Notes under the pieces: generated by a model
What the model was told of the DNA's origin: nothing
What the model saw: only the letters and a program-made list of their open reading frames with translations
The model's database searches: none
Assembly (NCBI GenBank): GCA_043228905.1
Contig: JBHGNT010000013.1
Coordinates: forward strand, 18,414,001-18,478,000
Direction: 5' to 3'
Origin: Azolla caroliniana
Taxonomy: Eukaryota; Plantae; Polypodiophyta
Length of the DNA: 64,000 bases
Shown: piece after piece, positions 1-13,500 of the stretch
How positions within the stretch are numbered: the first letter of the stretch is position 1
How the letters are laid out: each line of letters begins with the position of its first letter
Program-made: the position numbers and the translations under genes

Positions 1-454
1 ACCAGACATAAGTGCATTCCATGAAACAGTGTCTCTAACAAGAAGCTCTTTAAACACATTTTCTGCTTCTTTGATGGATCCACACTTCAGGTATGTACTA
101 AGCAAAGCAGTCGTGACATATATATCATTAGGAATAAAATTTTTGTGGATAGCTTCACTATGTAACCTTCTTGCTTTAGGCATATCTCTCTCTTTCCCAC
201 ACGATTTGATGAATTCTAACAGCGTATTTCTGCCTCTGTTTCCCTCCTTCTTCGTCTTCATCTCTTGTTTCTCTAGAAGCCATGGTTGTGGATTGTTTCC
301 TTCGCCAGAGAAATTTGGATTCTCTGAAAACCAGAAAAAGAGAAAAGAAATCAATAAAATAGAAATAAGTAAGACTTTTCCAAGAGAAAGAAACAAAACC
401 TTTTTTTCTGTGTTCTGTTAGAATTGGGAGGGATCCACGACAGAGTGTTTCCAT
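1..454 (-). CDS. PLS-class pentatricopeptide repeat (PPR) protein, 5' part; exon 1 454-400, intron 399-324, exon 2 323-<1
   Basis: Manual translation of the minus frame running off the window edge gives TLLEFIKSCGKERDMPKARRLHSEAIHKNFIPNDIYVTTALLSTYLKCGSIKEAENVFKELLVRDTVSWNALMSG, with typical PLS motifs (KCGSI.EA..VF, RD.VSWNAL). A GT donor at 399 and a polypyrimidine-CAG acceptor at 324 join ATG 454 (METLCRGSLPILTEHRKK) in frame. Confidence 0.9.
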
Positions 455-3172
455 GGAGATTTTGCATATTTGAGAACAGAGAAGAAGAAGAAGGGATTAG
501 AGGGGAGGGTTTTTCAAAATTCCCAAAAAATGCCCCTCTAATTTACCTTAACCCCCAAAATGCCATTCACTCTAAAATAGTTTAGGTCACAGCCTTACCT
601 TCTCTCAAAGCCTCACCTTCTCTACTTTGCTTGATCACTCTTCTATCCGACATGTTCGTAAGCCGGGTTTCCATCCAAGAACCGTTTCATCTATTTCCTG
701 TGGGCAACTGTAGAAAAGGGCTCTTATTGAATCAGAAATGGTCATGATAGTTCCAACATCAAGACTACGGGTAAAGTCACATCAAGAGAATGTGCATTGC
801 CTTTCGACCACTTCCTGCATAGAACCATCGAACGACATTGCAGAAACGTTCGTAGAAAATATGTAAATTTGTGCTCATAGCTCTTTGCTTGTTTACCCTT
901 TTGCTCTCCCTTCTTCACAAAGAATCAATAAAAAGAAACGTGTTAAATCTTCCATTCATATGTTTTTTGTGCCAAGGGTACTGCCCCATGGCACCAAATG
1001 TGTTTGTAGGCAACCATAAGATTAAAATGTTGTGAATGGATCCTTTGGAGTGTGACTTGTTTATTTAATCAGCACAATTTGTGCTATGGTGAGGTGAATG
1101 ATACCTAGCTAGATGTGGTAACCTGTGTGCATTGTTCGGCATAACAAATCTAACACGTTGTTGATGAATAATATATAGCACTTAGATGCGTTTGGCTCGT
1201 TTGCATAAGCATCGTTGGTGGTTTAAATAGGATTCTAGTAAGGTTCTTGTTTGTTATTTATTTCTCGTGTCATTGTAACCTCACTTGCCACCACTCATAT
1301 GGCTGATTGTATTCAAGCAAATGTTGCAATGCATGTAACCCATAAAATTTGAAATTTGGTTACCTAAACCCTTTAATTATTGGTCGTAGATTTTTCATTA
1401 TGGAAGACGTCATTTCTTTTTACTTTAATGAGATCAAACAAATTCATGGATAAATTTGTGTGCCTTGGTTTCTTTGTTATGCAATAGTAGGGAATGATCC
1501 TTATACAAGTACTTACTTACCCACCTATTCTTCATTCTTGGTGAAATTTGAATCCTAAATGAATGAACATAAAAAGTAAGCAAAATTTCATGAGAATTTC
1601 ATATGAAAATTTTCCCTTGTCAATGTTATCGATTCATGTCAGTGGCAAGTCCTTGACTATCGTTATGAAGATCCAAATCCTCCTCTTGTTTAAACAAAAA
1701 GTTGTCCCATCTCTCGAGACGAGTTCTTCATAGTTGGAGTACAGAGTGAACAAACTGAACAGTAGATGGAGAAGTAGAAAGAAGACGTTTTACAAGATGG
1801 TCGTCATGACACGCCAAGAGTACTCTAATGGTTACAACTCCTCAACAGTCTGTTATCACCATCATCTACACACCTACTAAATTCTGTGTGGGGTAATAGG
1901 GTTATCGCCGAACAGAGGAGAATCTGTTTTACATAACCTCCTTCATGTGGTTTTTCAACATCAGATAGGTAAAATAATTGATGTCCAAATTATGGGACAT
2001 GCTTTCAATCACATAGAATTGGATACAATTGAGTCCATAGATGTCATGTTGAATGCAAATATGGATCAACATTCGAAATGCTTGTTTTTTGTTGTGGAAA
2101 CCAAACTTTGATCCAGTTGAAATTCTGAACTCAAGGCATTGTTTGACCCCTATTTCAATTGTTTTTCCAAGAATTCTGAGTAAGGAGTACGTGGTTGTAC
2201 TTCCATCAATCGCAACAAGAATCGGCTCATGAGGAGGCCATTGATGCGAAGATTATAGGATTCCCATCTATTCATATCTTAGTTCCTTGCATGGAAAATT
2301 TACCGACTCATGTACTTTCACCATCAATCTCAAGGAATTCTATGTAGGTAATGCGTGGAAAATGTTTTTACCCTCCAAGGATTAGTGGTGGAGACCAATT
2401 GATAAAAGACATTCTTACCAAAGTGTTAAGAATTAGGTGATTAAGTTACAAGTATGGTGTTGAGCGGCAAGCTCAACTGGAGCCAAATCGGCTGAATAAG
2501 CCTGAGCCGGCAAGCGAGACAGATCGGTAAGCTGTGAGCAACCGAGCCGGCAAGCAACAAAGTCGGTGAGCTGGGGAGCCGGTTTGCCGGATCCAATCAG
2601 TAACCAGAAGCCCGACTACTAGGCAATTATAGTCTCGTAGTAAGTGTCAGATGCTCGTGGGAGCATTGAAGTACGCGGTACTTCTGTCAGTCCCACGAGG
2701 ACTTGTATAAATAATGCTACTGAGCATAGTTGTAAGTACAGAGTGTTTTATATATATTTGAATATAGCTTTGAGGTTCTGCTCTCTCTGTCTCTCCCGGG
2801 TACTCTGTGTATTCCCTAATTTCTCGGTTTTTCTAACGCTTCCGCAAGTAATCTTTTACATGGTATCAAAGCGCGAGGGTTGAGAACCTCTGCAACCGAC
2901 AAACGCTTGAAAGCAAATCCTAACAAGTTGTAAGAACAGCAAACAAAGAAGTGATGGATAGAGCTGGTTCGCTCCCTATGGAGAAACTCGACAGATCCAA
3001 CTATGCATCTTGGTCGTATAAGATGCACCAGTACCTGCTTGGGAATGGCTACTGGAGTTTCGTCGAAGGAGCCAATGAAACAACACCTGATGCGGCACAT
3101 AAGGACTTCCCAGTGTGGGAACAATTGGCAAGCAAAGTGATGTACTGCTTCGCGTCCAGTGTCGGAGACCAG

Positions 3173-3257
3173 TGTTGGAGACAAAGTCGTCTGTGCGGAA
3201 GATCAAGAAGCATTCGATTGCTGTTGAATACCTGCGTATGACAGTTTGGAGGTCGTT

Positions 3258-3300
<43 letters not shown>

Positions 3301-6300
3301 GAGGCACAAAAATACTTCTTATTCCATAAAGCAATAATACAACACCCAACCTTACAAAAAGGTTACAAGGTCACTATATATAGTGACCGACTTAGGGCAA
3401 CTACCCTTTATGCTAATTACATAAATGGCCAAAACAGGATAGTGTGAATACGTCCATTATACACATGTATTCGACACTCCCCCGTAATGGGCGTATACAT
3501 GGGTTATCTAGGATTACAGGTATAGACTTAGGTTCTCGGACATATCAGCTTTGTTCGAGTCGGCAGGGTCCGAAGGCAGAAGACCGAACTGGTCGGGTCG
3601 GAACAGTTGAAGCCGATCATTAAGGAACTGATGTCGGTTGTCGGAAACCATCCTGCGCTGTGTCCGGCTCTAACCGGACTGGTTTGTCGTTACGCCCATC
3701 TGATGCCGAAGAGACCGAAAACGGTCTGCCGAAAGACACTTGGTCATTCCATCTGCGACATTGTCGGTTGTGGATATTTTCTCTAGACCGATTTTCCCTG
3801 AGATGACGCAGTCCCGAACGAAGTGATATCGAACGTCGATATGTTTGGAGGCGTTGTGGTGAACCGGATTTTTTGACAAGGCAACAGCACCTTGACTGTC
3901 GCTGTAGACAACTGGGGCCGAGTCATGGTCGACTTGTCGAAACGTGTGAGCCAGCCGACCGAGCCACAAAGCTTCTTTTGCTGCGTCGGACGCAGCTACA
4001 TATTCTGCTTCGGTCGTTGAGGTCGTTGTGCACTCCTGAAGTTTCGACTTCCACGAGATTGCTCCATTGCCGAATTTGAAGCAGTATCCGGTTGTTGATT
4101 TCCGACTGTCTATACAGCCGGCGAAATCCGAGTCGGTGTAACCGACTACGCCTGAGGTTCGGTTCGGACCGAAAAGAATGTCGTGGTCTTTTGTGCCAGC
4201 CAGATATCTGAACACATGCTTGACTGCGTTCCAATGCGATCGGCCAGGATTGTGCATAAATCTGCTAACGACTCCTACGGCGTGAGAAATATCAGGCCGT
4301 GTCGCGACCATCAGGTACATAAGGGAGCCGACTGCCGGTGCATACGGTACCGACTTCATATCTTCCCCCTCCGGACCGGATGTCGGGCAGTCTCGCTGAG
4401 AGAGCCGAAGATTCATGGGGAGCGGGGTTGAAGCAGATTTGGCTGATTGCATGTTGAAGCGTTCCAAGACACGTCCGATATAGTCGGTCTGAGACAAAAA
4501 AAGATGTCGTTTATCGCGATGCCGACTAATTTTCATGCCAAGGATGTGTCGTGCCGGACCGAGGTCCTTCATGGCAAACTTCAACCGCAGTTGCCGAATG
4601 AGATCGGCAAGTTCGCCCGCGTGGCGTCCAGAAATTAGCATGTCGTCCACGTAAATGATGAGGAAGATGGGTGATCCATCTTGAGCTGTGTTGGTAAAGA
4701 GACAATGGTCCTCATCGCTTTTTGAGAAGCCGAGCGATTGGATGAAGTCGTCGAACTTCTTGTACCATTGTCGCGGTGCCTGTTTGAGGCCGTATAGACT
4801 CTTCCTGAGTCGGCAGACTAGATGTTCTTGGCCAGTTGCCACGAAGCCTTTTGGCTGCTCCATATAAATTTCCTCCTCGAGATCACCATGGAGGAAGGCT
4901 GTTTTGACATCTAGCTGAATCAGCTCCAAGTTGTCGGCTGCCACTACGCCGAGTAGAAAACGAAGGGTTGTCATTTTCACCACTGGTGAAAAAAATCTCG
5001 TCGAAGTCGACGCCATATTCTTGTCGGAAGCCCTTCGCAACTAATCTGGCCTTGTACTTTGGGGTGGTCGAATCAGACGTCTCTTTTAGTCGATAAACCC
5101 ACTTGCAAGGAAGAGCACGTCGGTTCCTAGGTAATTCGACCAGATCCCAAGTCTTGTTTGCCCGAATGGAGTGCATTTCCGACTCCATCGCCAGATGCCA
5201 GGTGGCGGAATCGACAGATGTCGATGCTTCTTCGTAAGACGTCGGTTCGCCGGCGTCGGTGAAGAAAATTCCAGGAGAATACCTCTCCGGAGGTTGCGAC
5301 AGTCTCTCGGATCGTCGAGGTATGATTGGACTGGTCGCATCGGGTATCGTGGTCGGATGGTCCGAAAGCGGATTGTTCTGTTGTGCCGAGTCGGGGTTGT
5401 CCGAGCCGGTAGTGTAAGGTTCAGCTACCCGTGAAGCTGACCGTGTGTTGAGAGCGGGGCCTTCTTGAAGGGTCGGCACATCGGAAAATGTTACCCTTCG
5501 GACTTCGATCGGTTTTTCGACTGATGGATTCATAGCCGACTCGTTGAACACAACGTCCGAACTTCGAACGATTTGTCTGCGTTCGGGGTCCCAGAGTCGG
5601 TATCCCATTTCGCCGTCGGATCCATATCCGAGGAAAATGCATTTCCTGGACCGAGGTGCAAGTTTTCGGCGATCATCTTTCGGAATGAGGGCGTACGCCT
5701 CGCATCCGAAGATCCTCAGCTTGTCGTAATTCGGCTTACTGCCGATCCATAGTTCCTGAGGAATTTGAAGTCCTAGAGGTCTACTTGGCGACATATTGAT
5801 TATGTGTACTGCCGTGAGTAGAGCCTCTGCCCAGAAGCCATCCGACAGTCCGGAGTGTTGGAGCATGGAAACTGTCCGTTCTTGGATTGTCCGATTCATT
5901 CGTTCTGCAATCCCGTTTTGCTCCGGACTGTGTGGTGCCGTAAGTTCACGTCGGATGCCGCGTTGTCGGCAGAATTTGACGAATTCTTCGGATTTAAACT
6001 CTCCCCCATTGTCTGTCCGAAAGCATTTCAGCTTTCGGTCGGTTTGATTTTCCACCATAGCGAGCCAATCGGTGAAGATCGAGAAGACACGATCTTTGGT
6101 GTGAATTGGATAAGCCCACACCTTTCGAGTCGAATCGTCAATAAAACTGACGAAGTAAGAGGCACCGCCAAGAGACTGATGCGGCATTGGGCCACAGACG
6201 TCCGAGTGGACCAAATCGAGAGGTCTCGTTTCTCTTGGTGCTGATGTCGGGTGTGATGCGGCTGCTTGTTTGCCATACTGGCAATGCTCGCAGAATTGAT

Positions 6301-8418
6301 GGTCGGAGAAGGAGAGTTTAGGGATGTATCCGGCTCTAGATAGGTGCGTGATGCCGGCCTTGCTGAGGTGTCCTAATCTTCTGTGCCATAGTGATGACAC
6401 AGGAATATCCACCAAAAACAGGTTACCCTCTCTGAGCGTAACATGTAACGGATACAGTGAGTGTATCTTGGGTCCTCTAGCAAGCAGGAGGTTCCCCCTG
6501 TGGAGTGTCCACCCTCCCGAAGAAAAACCGGCACGAATGCCGTCTTCATCTAGTTGTCCGACTGAGATCAATGGCCTTGAGAGCTCGGGTACATGTCGGA
6601 CATTGTGGAGTACAAGTGTAGAGCCACCTGCAAGGTTGAGCTCTACTGTGCCGATTCCGATGATATCACAGTGTTGTGAGTTGCCGACCCGAACTGAGTC
6701 GGAGTGACGGATCGTATATTGCCGAAATTGGGATCGATGAGGAGTCACGTGAAATGACGCGCCCGAATCTAAGAGCCATGTGCTCGATTCTTCAGTCGTG
6801 AGCAGAACTTCTGATCCGACTGGATTTTCGATTGATAGTATATTCGGGTCGTCTGGTAGCACATCAGCTGAGAAGCTGACGTAATTGATCTCCTCATGCC
6901 GGCCACTCTTCTTGTTGTTCTTGTTCTTGAGTGCGCGGCAGTCGGCTTTGATGTGTCCGGGTTTCTTGCAATAGTTGCAGATTCGGTTATCCCGTGACTG
7001 GCTCCGTCTTCGCTGATTGTTCGGCGGCCGTGAGGAATCTCTTCCTCGTATGTTCGATCGGTCTGTCGAACCTTGTACTACATAAGCGTCGTCTGTTGAG
7101 TCTTTGGCGAAAGACTTTCTCCGAGCTGCTTCGGTCAGGATTGCGCTCGTGACTTCGGAGTATTTAACAGCCGTGGTTGACGCGTTGCACACGGTTGTGA
7201 CGAAAGTTTCCCATGATGAGGGAAGGCTGCTCATGAGTATCATTGCTCTGAGTTCATCCTCGATTGCCGTCCCCTGTGACGAGATTTGGGAGCTTATGCT
7301 TTCGTACTCATTGAGGTGTGCTTGAACCGAATCGGATTCTTTCATCCGCAAGTTGTAGAGGCGCCGGATCAGAAACATCTTCGTTGCGGCGACCTTCTTT
7401 TCGTAAGTGTCCGACAGTGTTTTCCACAGTTCGAATGCTGTCGTACACGATTGCACCGTAAAGTATACCGATTCCGATAGGTGCATCCGAATCGTGGCGC
7501 GGACGATTCTGTCCAGCTTCTGCCACTCAATTGGTTTGTATCCTTCTGGAGGTTCTTCATTTTCGATGGGATCGATTTGCCCCTTGACTATGAGATAGTC
7601 CTGCATTTGCTCCTTCCAGAAGTTGAAGTTCGATCCATCGAACTTTCGTAGACTCATTTCTGACGAGCCGGATGTTGATGCCATCAAATTCGGTTTCGGT
7701 TGACGAAGCTCGGTTCGGAGTTGACTACGAACCTTGTTGGAGTGCAGCCGGTTGGCTCACCCGATATCGTTCTAGTCGGATTTGAACCCGAGTCGGTTCG
7801 GCTTCGGAACTTGCTCGAATTGACTCCGGTAACTTGAGGGACAGAACCGACTGGTCTTCCCGAATGTTGCCGAGTCGGAGTGAGCCCGGTTCGCTTCGGA
7901 TATATATGCCGAATACCGATTATTGAAACCGATTATCTGGACCGATTCTGCTTCGGGTGGCTGCAGCGACGAGAGAGACAGATCCAACTGATCCTCCCGA
8001 ATGTCGATCAGCCGGATGTTGTTGTCTTGAGACCGATCTGCACCGAGTGGTTACAACGAGCGGCGTTTGTTGACCTCTTCGGATGCCGTTTAACCGAGTG
8101 GAGCACGATCGTGTCAATGTTGCACAAGGGGATTTCACCTCGAGCGTTGCGATCACAGGGAACGGAGTACAACCGGCTGGCTTACCCCAAGCGAAGAGGA
8201 TCTAACGCGAAGAGATGCAAGCCTCATTTTTCTTCTTCTTCTCTCTTCTTCGAATGACGCAGGAAACCGAATGCTGAGACGACGGCCGACAGCGGATTGA
8301 AGGACCGACTACTGTGCAGGCTCTGATACCAGATGTTGGAGACAAAGTCGTCTGTGCGGAAGATCAAGAAGCATTCGATTGCTGTTGAATACCTGCGTAT
8401 GACAGTTTGGAGGTCGTT

Positions 8419-8461
<43 letters not shown>

Positions 8462-8639
8462 GAGAGGCACAAAAATACTTCTTATTCCATAAAGCAATAA
8501 TACAACACCCAACCTTACAAAAAGGTTACAAGGTCACTATATATAGTGACCGACTTAGGGCAACTACCCTTTATGCTAATTACATAAATGGCCAAAACGG
8601 GATAGTGTGAATACGTCCATTATACACATGTATTCGACA
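3173..8639 (-). mobile_element. Ty1/Copia LTR retrotransposon B (Tnt1-like), very recent, inserted in the gag of A
   Basis: LTRs 8334-8639 (5') and 3173-3476 (3') differ, by eye, only by one GA unit and one substitution. TSD ACCAG at 3168-3172 and 8640-8644. tRNA-iMet PBS 8320-8331; PPT next to 3477. Confidence 0.97.
3670..7684 (-). CDS. Copia B gag-protease-integrase-RT-RNase H polyprotein with a single +1 frameshift at ~4989-4995
   Basis: ORFs 7687-4883 and 5040-3670: CNYCKKPGH knuckle, WLLDSGAS, HSDVCGP...NGIAERMN, LDVKTAFL, YVDDML, YTDSDFA. A T7 run stands where T6 is needed for DEIFSPVVK. Confidence 0.93.
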
Positions 8640-9938
8640 ACCAGCTGCTGAGCCACATCTGAGATGCCAAGACGCCGAAGGAGGCTTGGGGGAACCTGAA
8701 GAAGGTTTTCGCCGCGAGTACTAAAGCCCGGAAGCTGCAACTCCGACAGGTGTTGAGCAATGTCCGACAGAAGGACATGTCAGTGGCGGATTAGACAGCC
8801 CGGATCAAAGAGATCTGTGACTCGCTTGCCTCTATCAACGTTACCGTAGAGGAAGACGAGATGGTACAGGTCTGTCTTGGGGGCCTGGCGTCTAAGTTCA
8901 TAGCGTTCCGAATGGCGGTGTGTACAAGGGAGAATATGCCGTCATTTTTCGACTTACAATCGATGCTCCTTGTAGAGGAGAACCACGCCGGTGCGTCAAC
9001 TAGCACACCCACTGATAGCCGGATATTGTACACGGAGGCGGATCGGTCTCGTGGGCGTGGTGGACAAGGCGGGTCGGCACGCAATGGAGGCAGCCGGCAA
9101 GAGCAAGAACGAAGGCACAAAGAACGTGCCGACAGTAGTTCTGGGACTTCCACAAGTAGGGGGAGTCAAGGCGGTGCCGGAGGCCGGCAAGACAAATCTG
9201 CAACAGAATGCTAGTATTGTGGCAAAAAGGGACACAGAGAAAGCGAGTGCTGGAGAAAACGCGCTGATTGGGACAAATCTGGATACGGCAAGGCCGGCAA
9301 GGATGGCCGGCAAAGCTCGCACTACGCGATGGGATCGGGAGGATCCAAGAACGGTAACGGGCCAGCCTTGGTGATGAAGCACGAGGCGAACTCGATGAAG
9401 AAGACCACTTCCAAATCGAAGGAAGTGTGGTATGTTGATTCCGGTGCGTCAAACCACATGACGAACCACAAAGAGTGGTTCTCCTTTTTGGAGAAACCGG
9501 ATCAACCATGAGTAGTCGAAACCAGAGACGACACTCCTCACCCAATTGTGCACGTCGGAGAAGTCCCTTTGAGCCACATCGGACAAAAGGGGAAGTTGAT
9601 GAACGTATTACACGTTCCAACGATCACGAAGAACTTGGTGTCGGTTGGACAGATCGTTGACCAAGGGATGCAGGTGCGGTTTACGCACCTCGGGTGCTTC
9701 ATCGAGGAAGAGGGCCAGATTATTGCGCAATGGCGTAGAGACAGGAGGATGTTTATCCTCAACACCAATGACGTCAGCACCGCTCTGTTTGATAAAGGAC
9801 AAAAGGTCGAATCGGACATCGACCTGTGGCACAAGCGGATAGGCCACGTCAATTACCAGAGGCTTCAAGACCTACAAACGAAACAAGTTGTTTTCGGTTT
9901 GCCGAAGTTTAACGGCCAGAAGGCCCAAGTATGTGAAG

Positions 9939-10210
9939 TGACAGGAACTGGTCGTTCCTTATGCGCAACGCTCGGCCACAAACAAGCTTAGAATGATACA
10001 CAGAAAACGGGAAATAAAACGCGACACAAAGGAGAGGAAGATACACACAGGAGGTTTACGTGGAAAACCCCAAACTAGGGGAAAAACCACGGCAGCCCAC
10101 AGCTGCAAACTGTCACTATGCAAGAATGTACAAAACAGTGAGTTCACGGAAGCAACGACCTCGGACTCACGATCTTCGCCACAGGCGGCGGTTACAACAG
10201 AGGCAGTGAC

Positions 10211-10249
<39 letters not shown>

Positions 10250-10518
10250 CAACGTTACGTACTCTCTCTTCTTCTTGCACCAACAAGAAAATGACAACAA
10301 CTTAATATTAGTTTGCCCTAAGTCATATTTATACTAATATGACTTTTCGGCTGTTTACAAATATAGCCACGATGGGCTCTTAGAAACATATTTACGAATA
10401 TCTCTCTTCCTCCGGTTCGTACCGGGTCTGCACCATCCGGCTCTCCGTAGCCGGGTACTCCTCATCTGGTTCGTACCGGGCCTGCACCATCCGGCTCTCC
10501 GTAGCCGGGTACTCCTCC
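9939..10518 (-). mobile_element. Truncated Copia-type LTR fragment replacing the N-terminal half of the integrase core of A
   Basis: Starts with TG right after the codons for AQVCE. Contains GGTTTACGTGGAAAACCCC..GGGGAAAAACCACGG, a CT microsatellite and two copies of a 54-bp unit (10414-10518). A resumes at FSCRYTQQQNGVAERKN. No TSD found. Confidence 0.6.
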
Positions 10519-13500
10519 TTCAGCTGCAGATACACACAGCAACAGAACGGTGTTGCCGAAAGGAAGAACCGGTCGCTTATTGATGCGGCAAGGGCAATGC
10601 TGGAGGAGAAGAGCATGCCCAAATTCTACTGGGCGGAGGCAGTCCGAACAGCTGTCTACATCCAGAACCGGATTGGTGACAAGGTGTCAACTCACGAGCT
10701 GTATTTCGGACGCAAGCCGAATTTGAGACACCTTAAGATCTTCGGTAGCATTGCATATGTGCATGTACCGGATTAGAAGCGGAGGAAGCTGGATGCAAAA
10801 TCGGAAAAATGCATCCTAATCGGCTATGCTCAAGAGCAGAAGGGTTATAAGTGTTATCACCCCCGGACAAAGCAGGTCTGAGTTAGTCGAGATGTCGAGT
10901 TCAATGAATCGGCATCGTGGTACTCCTTACCGGCTCCGACTTCCGAATCCGACCCAGTGCCGGTGGATGAGGGTAGTCAGCCTGAACCGACCCAGGTAGA
11001 GGATGATGAAGCGTGGACTCAGGATGAGAGTCCGGAATCGTTCCGATTGAGCGGGCCAAACGAGAGACTGAGTCAATCTGACCAGTCCAATGAGGAACCG
11101 GCGAGTAGTGGAGACTCTGTCGTGCACTCCCCGCGCAAGGAACCGAGGTGACGATTCACGCGCAAAGAGAAGGGGAAGAAGAAGATGTCGGAATTCGAAA
11201 CCGGCAACGATGAGTCGGATCAGTGTGCATCCGACTCCGGCAAGGAGAAAGGCGGATCTTCGGCAACGAAGACCGAACCAGCCAAGAAGGGCCTCAAACC
11301 GAGTAACAGTGAGTTACGTCGGTCCACCCGCCAGAAGGATCTCGTCCAGCGGTACGGGTACAATGAGTACATGGCGCATCACTATGCGTACATGACTAAG
11401 GTGGGGGAAGTGCGTGAGCTGGAGAGCTACGCAGAAGCGGCCAAGGACGCAAATTGGCGTGCCGCTATGGAAGAAGAAATGTGGGCACTTGATGTCAACA
11501 AGACATGGGACCTGGTTGACCCTCCTCGTCACTGTAAACCGATCAGATGGTTCTGTTAACCTGTATAAAGCCCGGTTAGTGGCGAAGGGATACGCGCAAA
11601 CCCACGGAATCGACTACGACGAGACCTTCGCTCCAGTAGCGAAGATGACGACAGTTCGTGTGGTGCTCGCGGTTGCTGCAGCAAGGGGGTGGCATCTTCA
11701 CCGGATGGATGTGAAGAATGCATTTCTTCAAGGTGATCTTGAAGAAGAAGTCTTCATGACTCAACCCCCCGGCTTTGAATCGAAGATGAACAAGTCGGCG
11801 GTATGCCGGCTGAAGAAGTCGTTGTACGGCCTGAAGCAAGCCTCTCGAGCTTGGAATGCGAAGATCACGCACCGGTTGCGTAAGATGGGGTTTGTGGCCT
11901 CCAAATCGGACTCTTCTTGTTCATCCGGCAAGGCTCAGCCAGTCCGGTATGTATACTGTTGTATGTTGATGATCTAGTCATCACCGGACCAGGAGTTCCA
12001 GAAATCAACCGCGTCAAGTCCCAGTTGTCGGACGCATTTGAGATGAAGGATCTAGGGGACCTTCATTATTTCCTAGGGATCGAGGTGATCCGAACCCCGG
12101 ACGACATATTGCTCTCACAACGACCTTATGTCTTGAATATGTTGTACAAGTTCGGCATGACAGAAGGCCGACCTGTCTCCACACCCTTGGACCAGAACCA
12201 GAAGCTTCGTCCCAACTCCGGACCGGCCTGCAACGAGCAATGGTTCCGACAGATTGTCGGAAGCCTTATTTACTTGACTATCACACGACCCGACATCAGC
12301 TATCCGGTCGGAATGATAAGTCAGTTCATGCAGAAGCCGATCGTGGAGCACCTTCAGTGCGCGCAAAGGATATTGCGGTATGTCAGCAGCACGAAGGACC
12401 AGGGACTGTTATACCAACGCAATATACCCGAAGAGCTCATCGGTTACACGGATGCCGACTGGGCCGGTGATGCATCAGATCTCCAATCAACCCTCGGTTA
12501 CATGTTTTCCCTAGGTAGCGCGGTTGTTGCATGGAGCAGCAAAAAGCAGCCAACAATTGCTCTGTCGAGCACTAAGGCTGAGTATCGGGGCGCTACCATT
12601 GCCACCTGTGAAGCCATCTGGCTTCGGCGACTACTGCAAGACTTACGGATCGAGGTACTGACCCCGATTCTGGTCTTCTGCGACAAAATAAGCAACATGC
12701 AACTCGCCAAGAACCCCGTATTCCATGCTCGCACAAAGCACATAGAAGTGCACTATCACTTTGTGCGTGAGCGTGTCCTAAGTGGTGAGGTTGAACTTCG
12801 GTATGTTCACACAGATCGTCAAGTTGTCGACATCTTCACCAAACCACTTGGATCGGACAAGTTGCAGCACTTCACCGAAATGCTTGGTGTTCAGCATCTC
12901 AACGTGCCACACTTGAGGGGGAGAACAAACAAAGACACTGGAACGGGCAAAGGCAAAGAGATTGTTGATTGCGCTAGTGAGGGAAGAACAGAAGGCGGCA
13001 GAGTCAAGAAGGACAGAGCCAACCGAAGGAAGAAGGCCAAGACCGGACATGGTCCGATGTGGTGAAGGGCTTGGAACCAGAAGACAAATCGGGAGCAACT
13101 GATTCGAACAAGAGCTGGAACGAATCGGAGACAGTCGATTCGGTTCAAAAGACAGATTCGGAAGAACCGGATCAATTCAAGGCCAAGCAGACACGGATGC
13201 AGCAGAAGTCGATGCCATCGTGGAGGAACCAACGGATCAGCAAACGGCGGAGTCATAGCAACGAAGGAGCTGAGAGGGGCCTATTGAGCAGACATACCGA
13301 CCGAGAAGGTTGAGGTGCGCAGAACAAGAGGGGTCGCGGCAAACAAAACTAGACCGGACGAGGAGCGCGAGCAAGGCGAAGCGACACCAGGAGAAGTCGA
13401 TTGGAAGAACCAACTGCCACAGAGACTGACACTAAGATCCAACCTCAAGTTGAGCTTGAGGGGGAGTGTTGAGCGGCAAGCTCAACTGGAGCCGGATCAG

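Larger units (their letters stand above)
2954..13065 (+). pseudogene. Copia A gag-pol, interrupted by B (3173-8639) and by an insert at 9939-10518; stops and frameshifts
   Basis: Gag start MDRAGSLPMEKLDRSNYASW; zinc knuckle ~9207-9250; protease WYVDSGAS; GAG-pre LWHKRIGH; [25 protein letters not shown]; RNase H YTDADWA, RTKHIEV. Confidence 0.92.

Noticed and set aside
176-454. 92-aa ORF as a standalone protein
   Set aside because: Explained as PPR exon 1 read through the intron into the wrong frame.
600-2420. Possibly decayed coding sequence, continuing at 17770-18600 beyond Copia C
   Set aside because: It may be an old DNA-transposon remnant, but I could not support any domain or termini.
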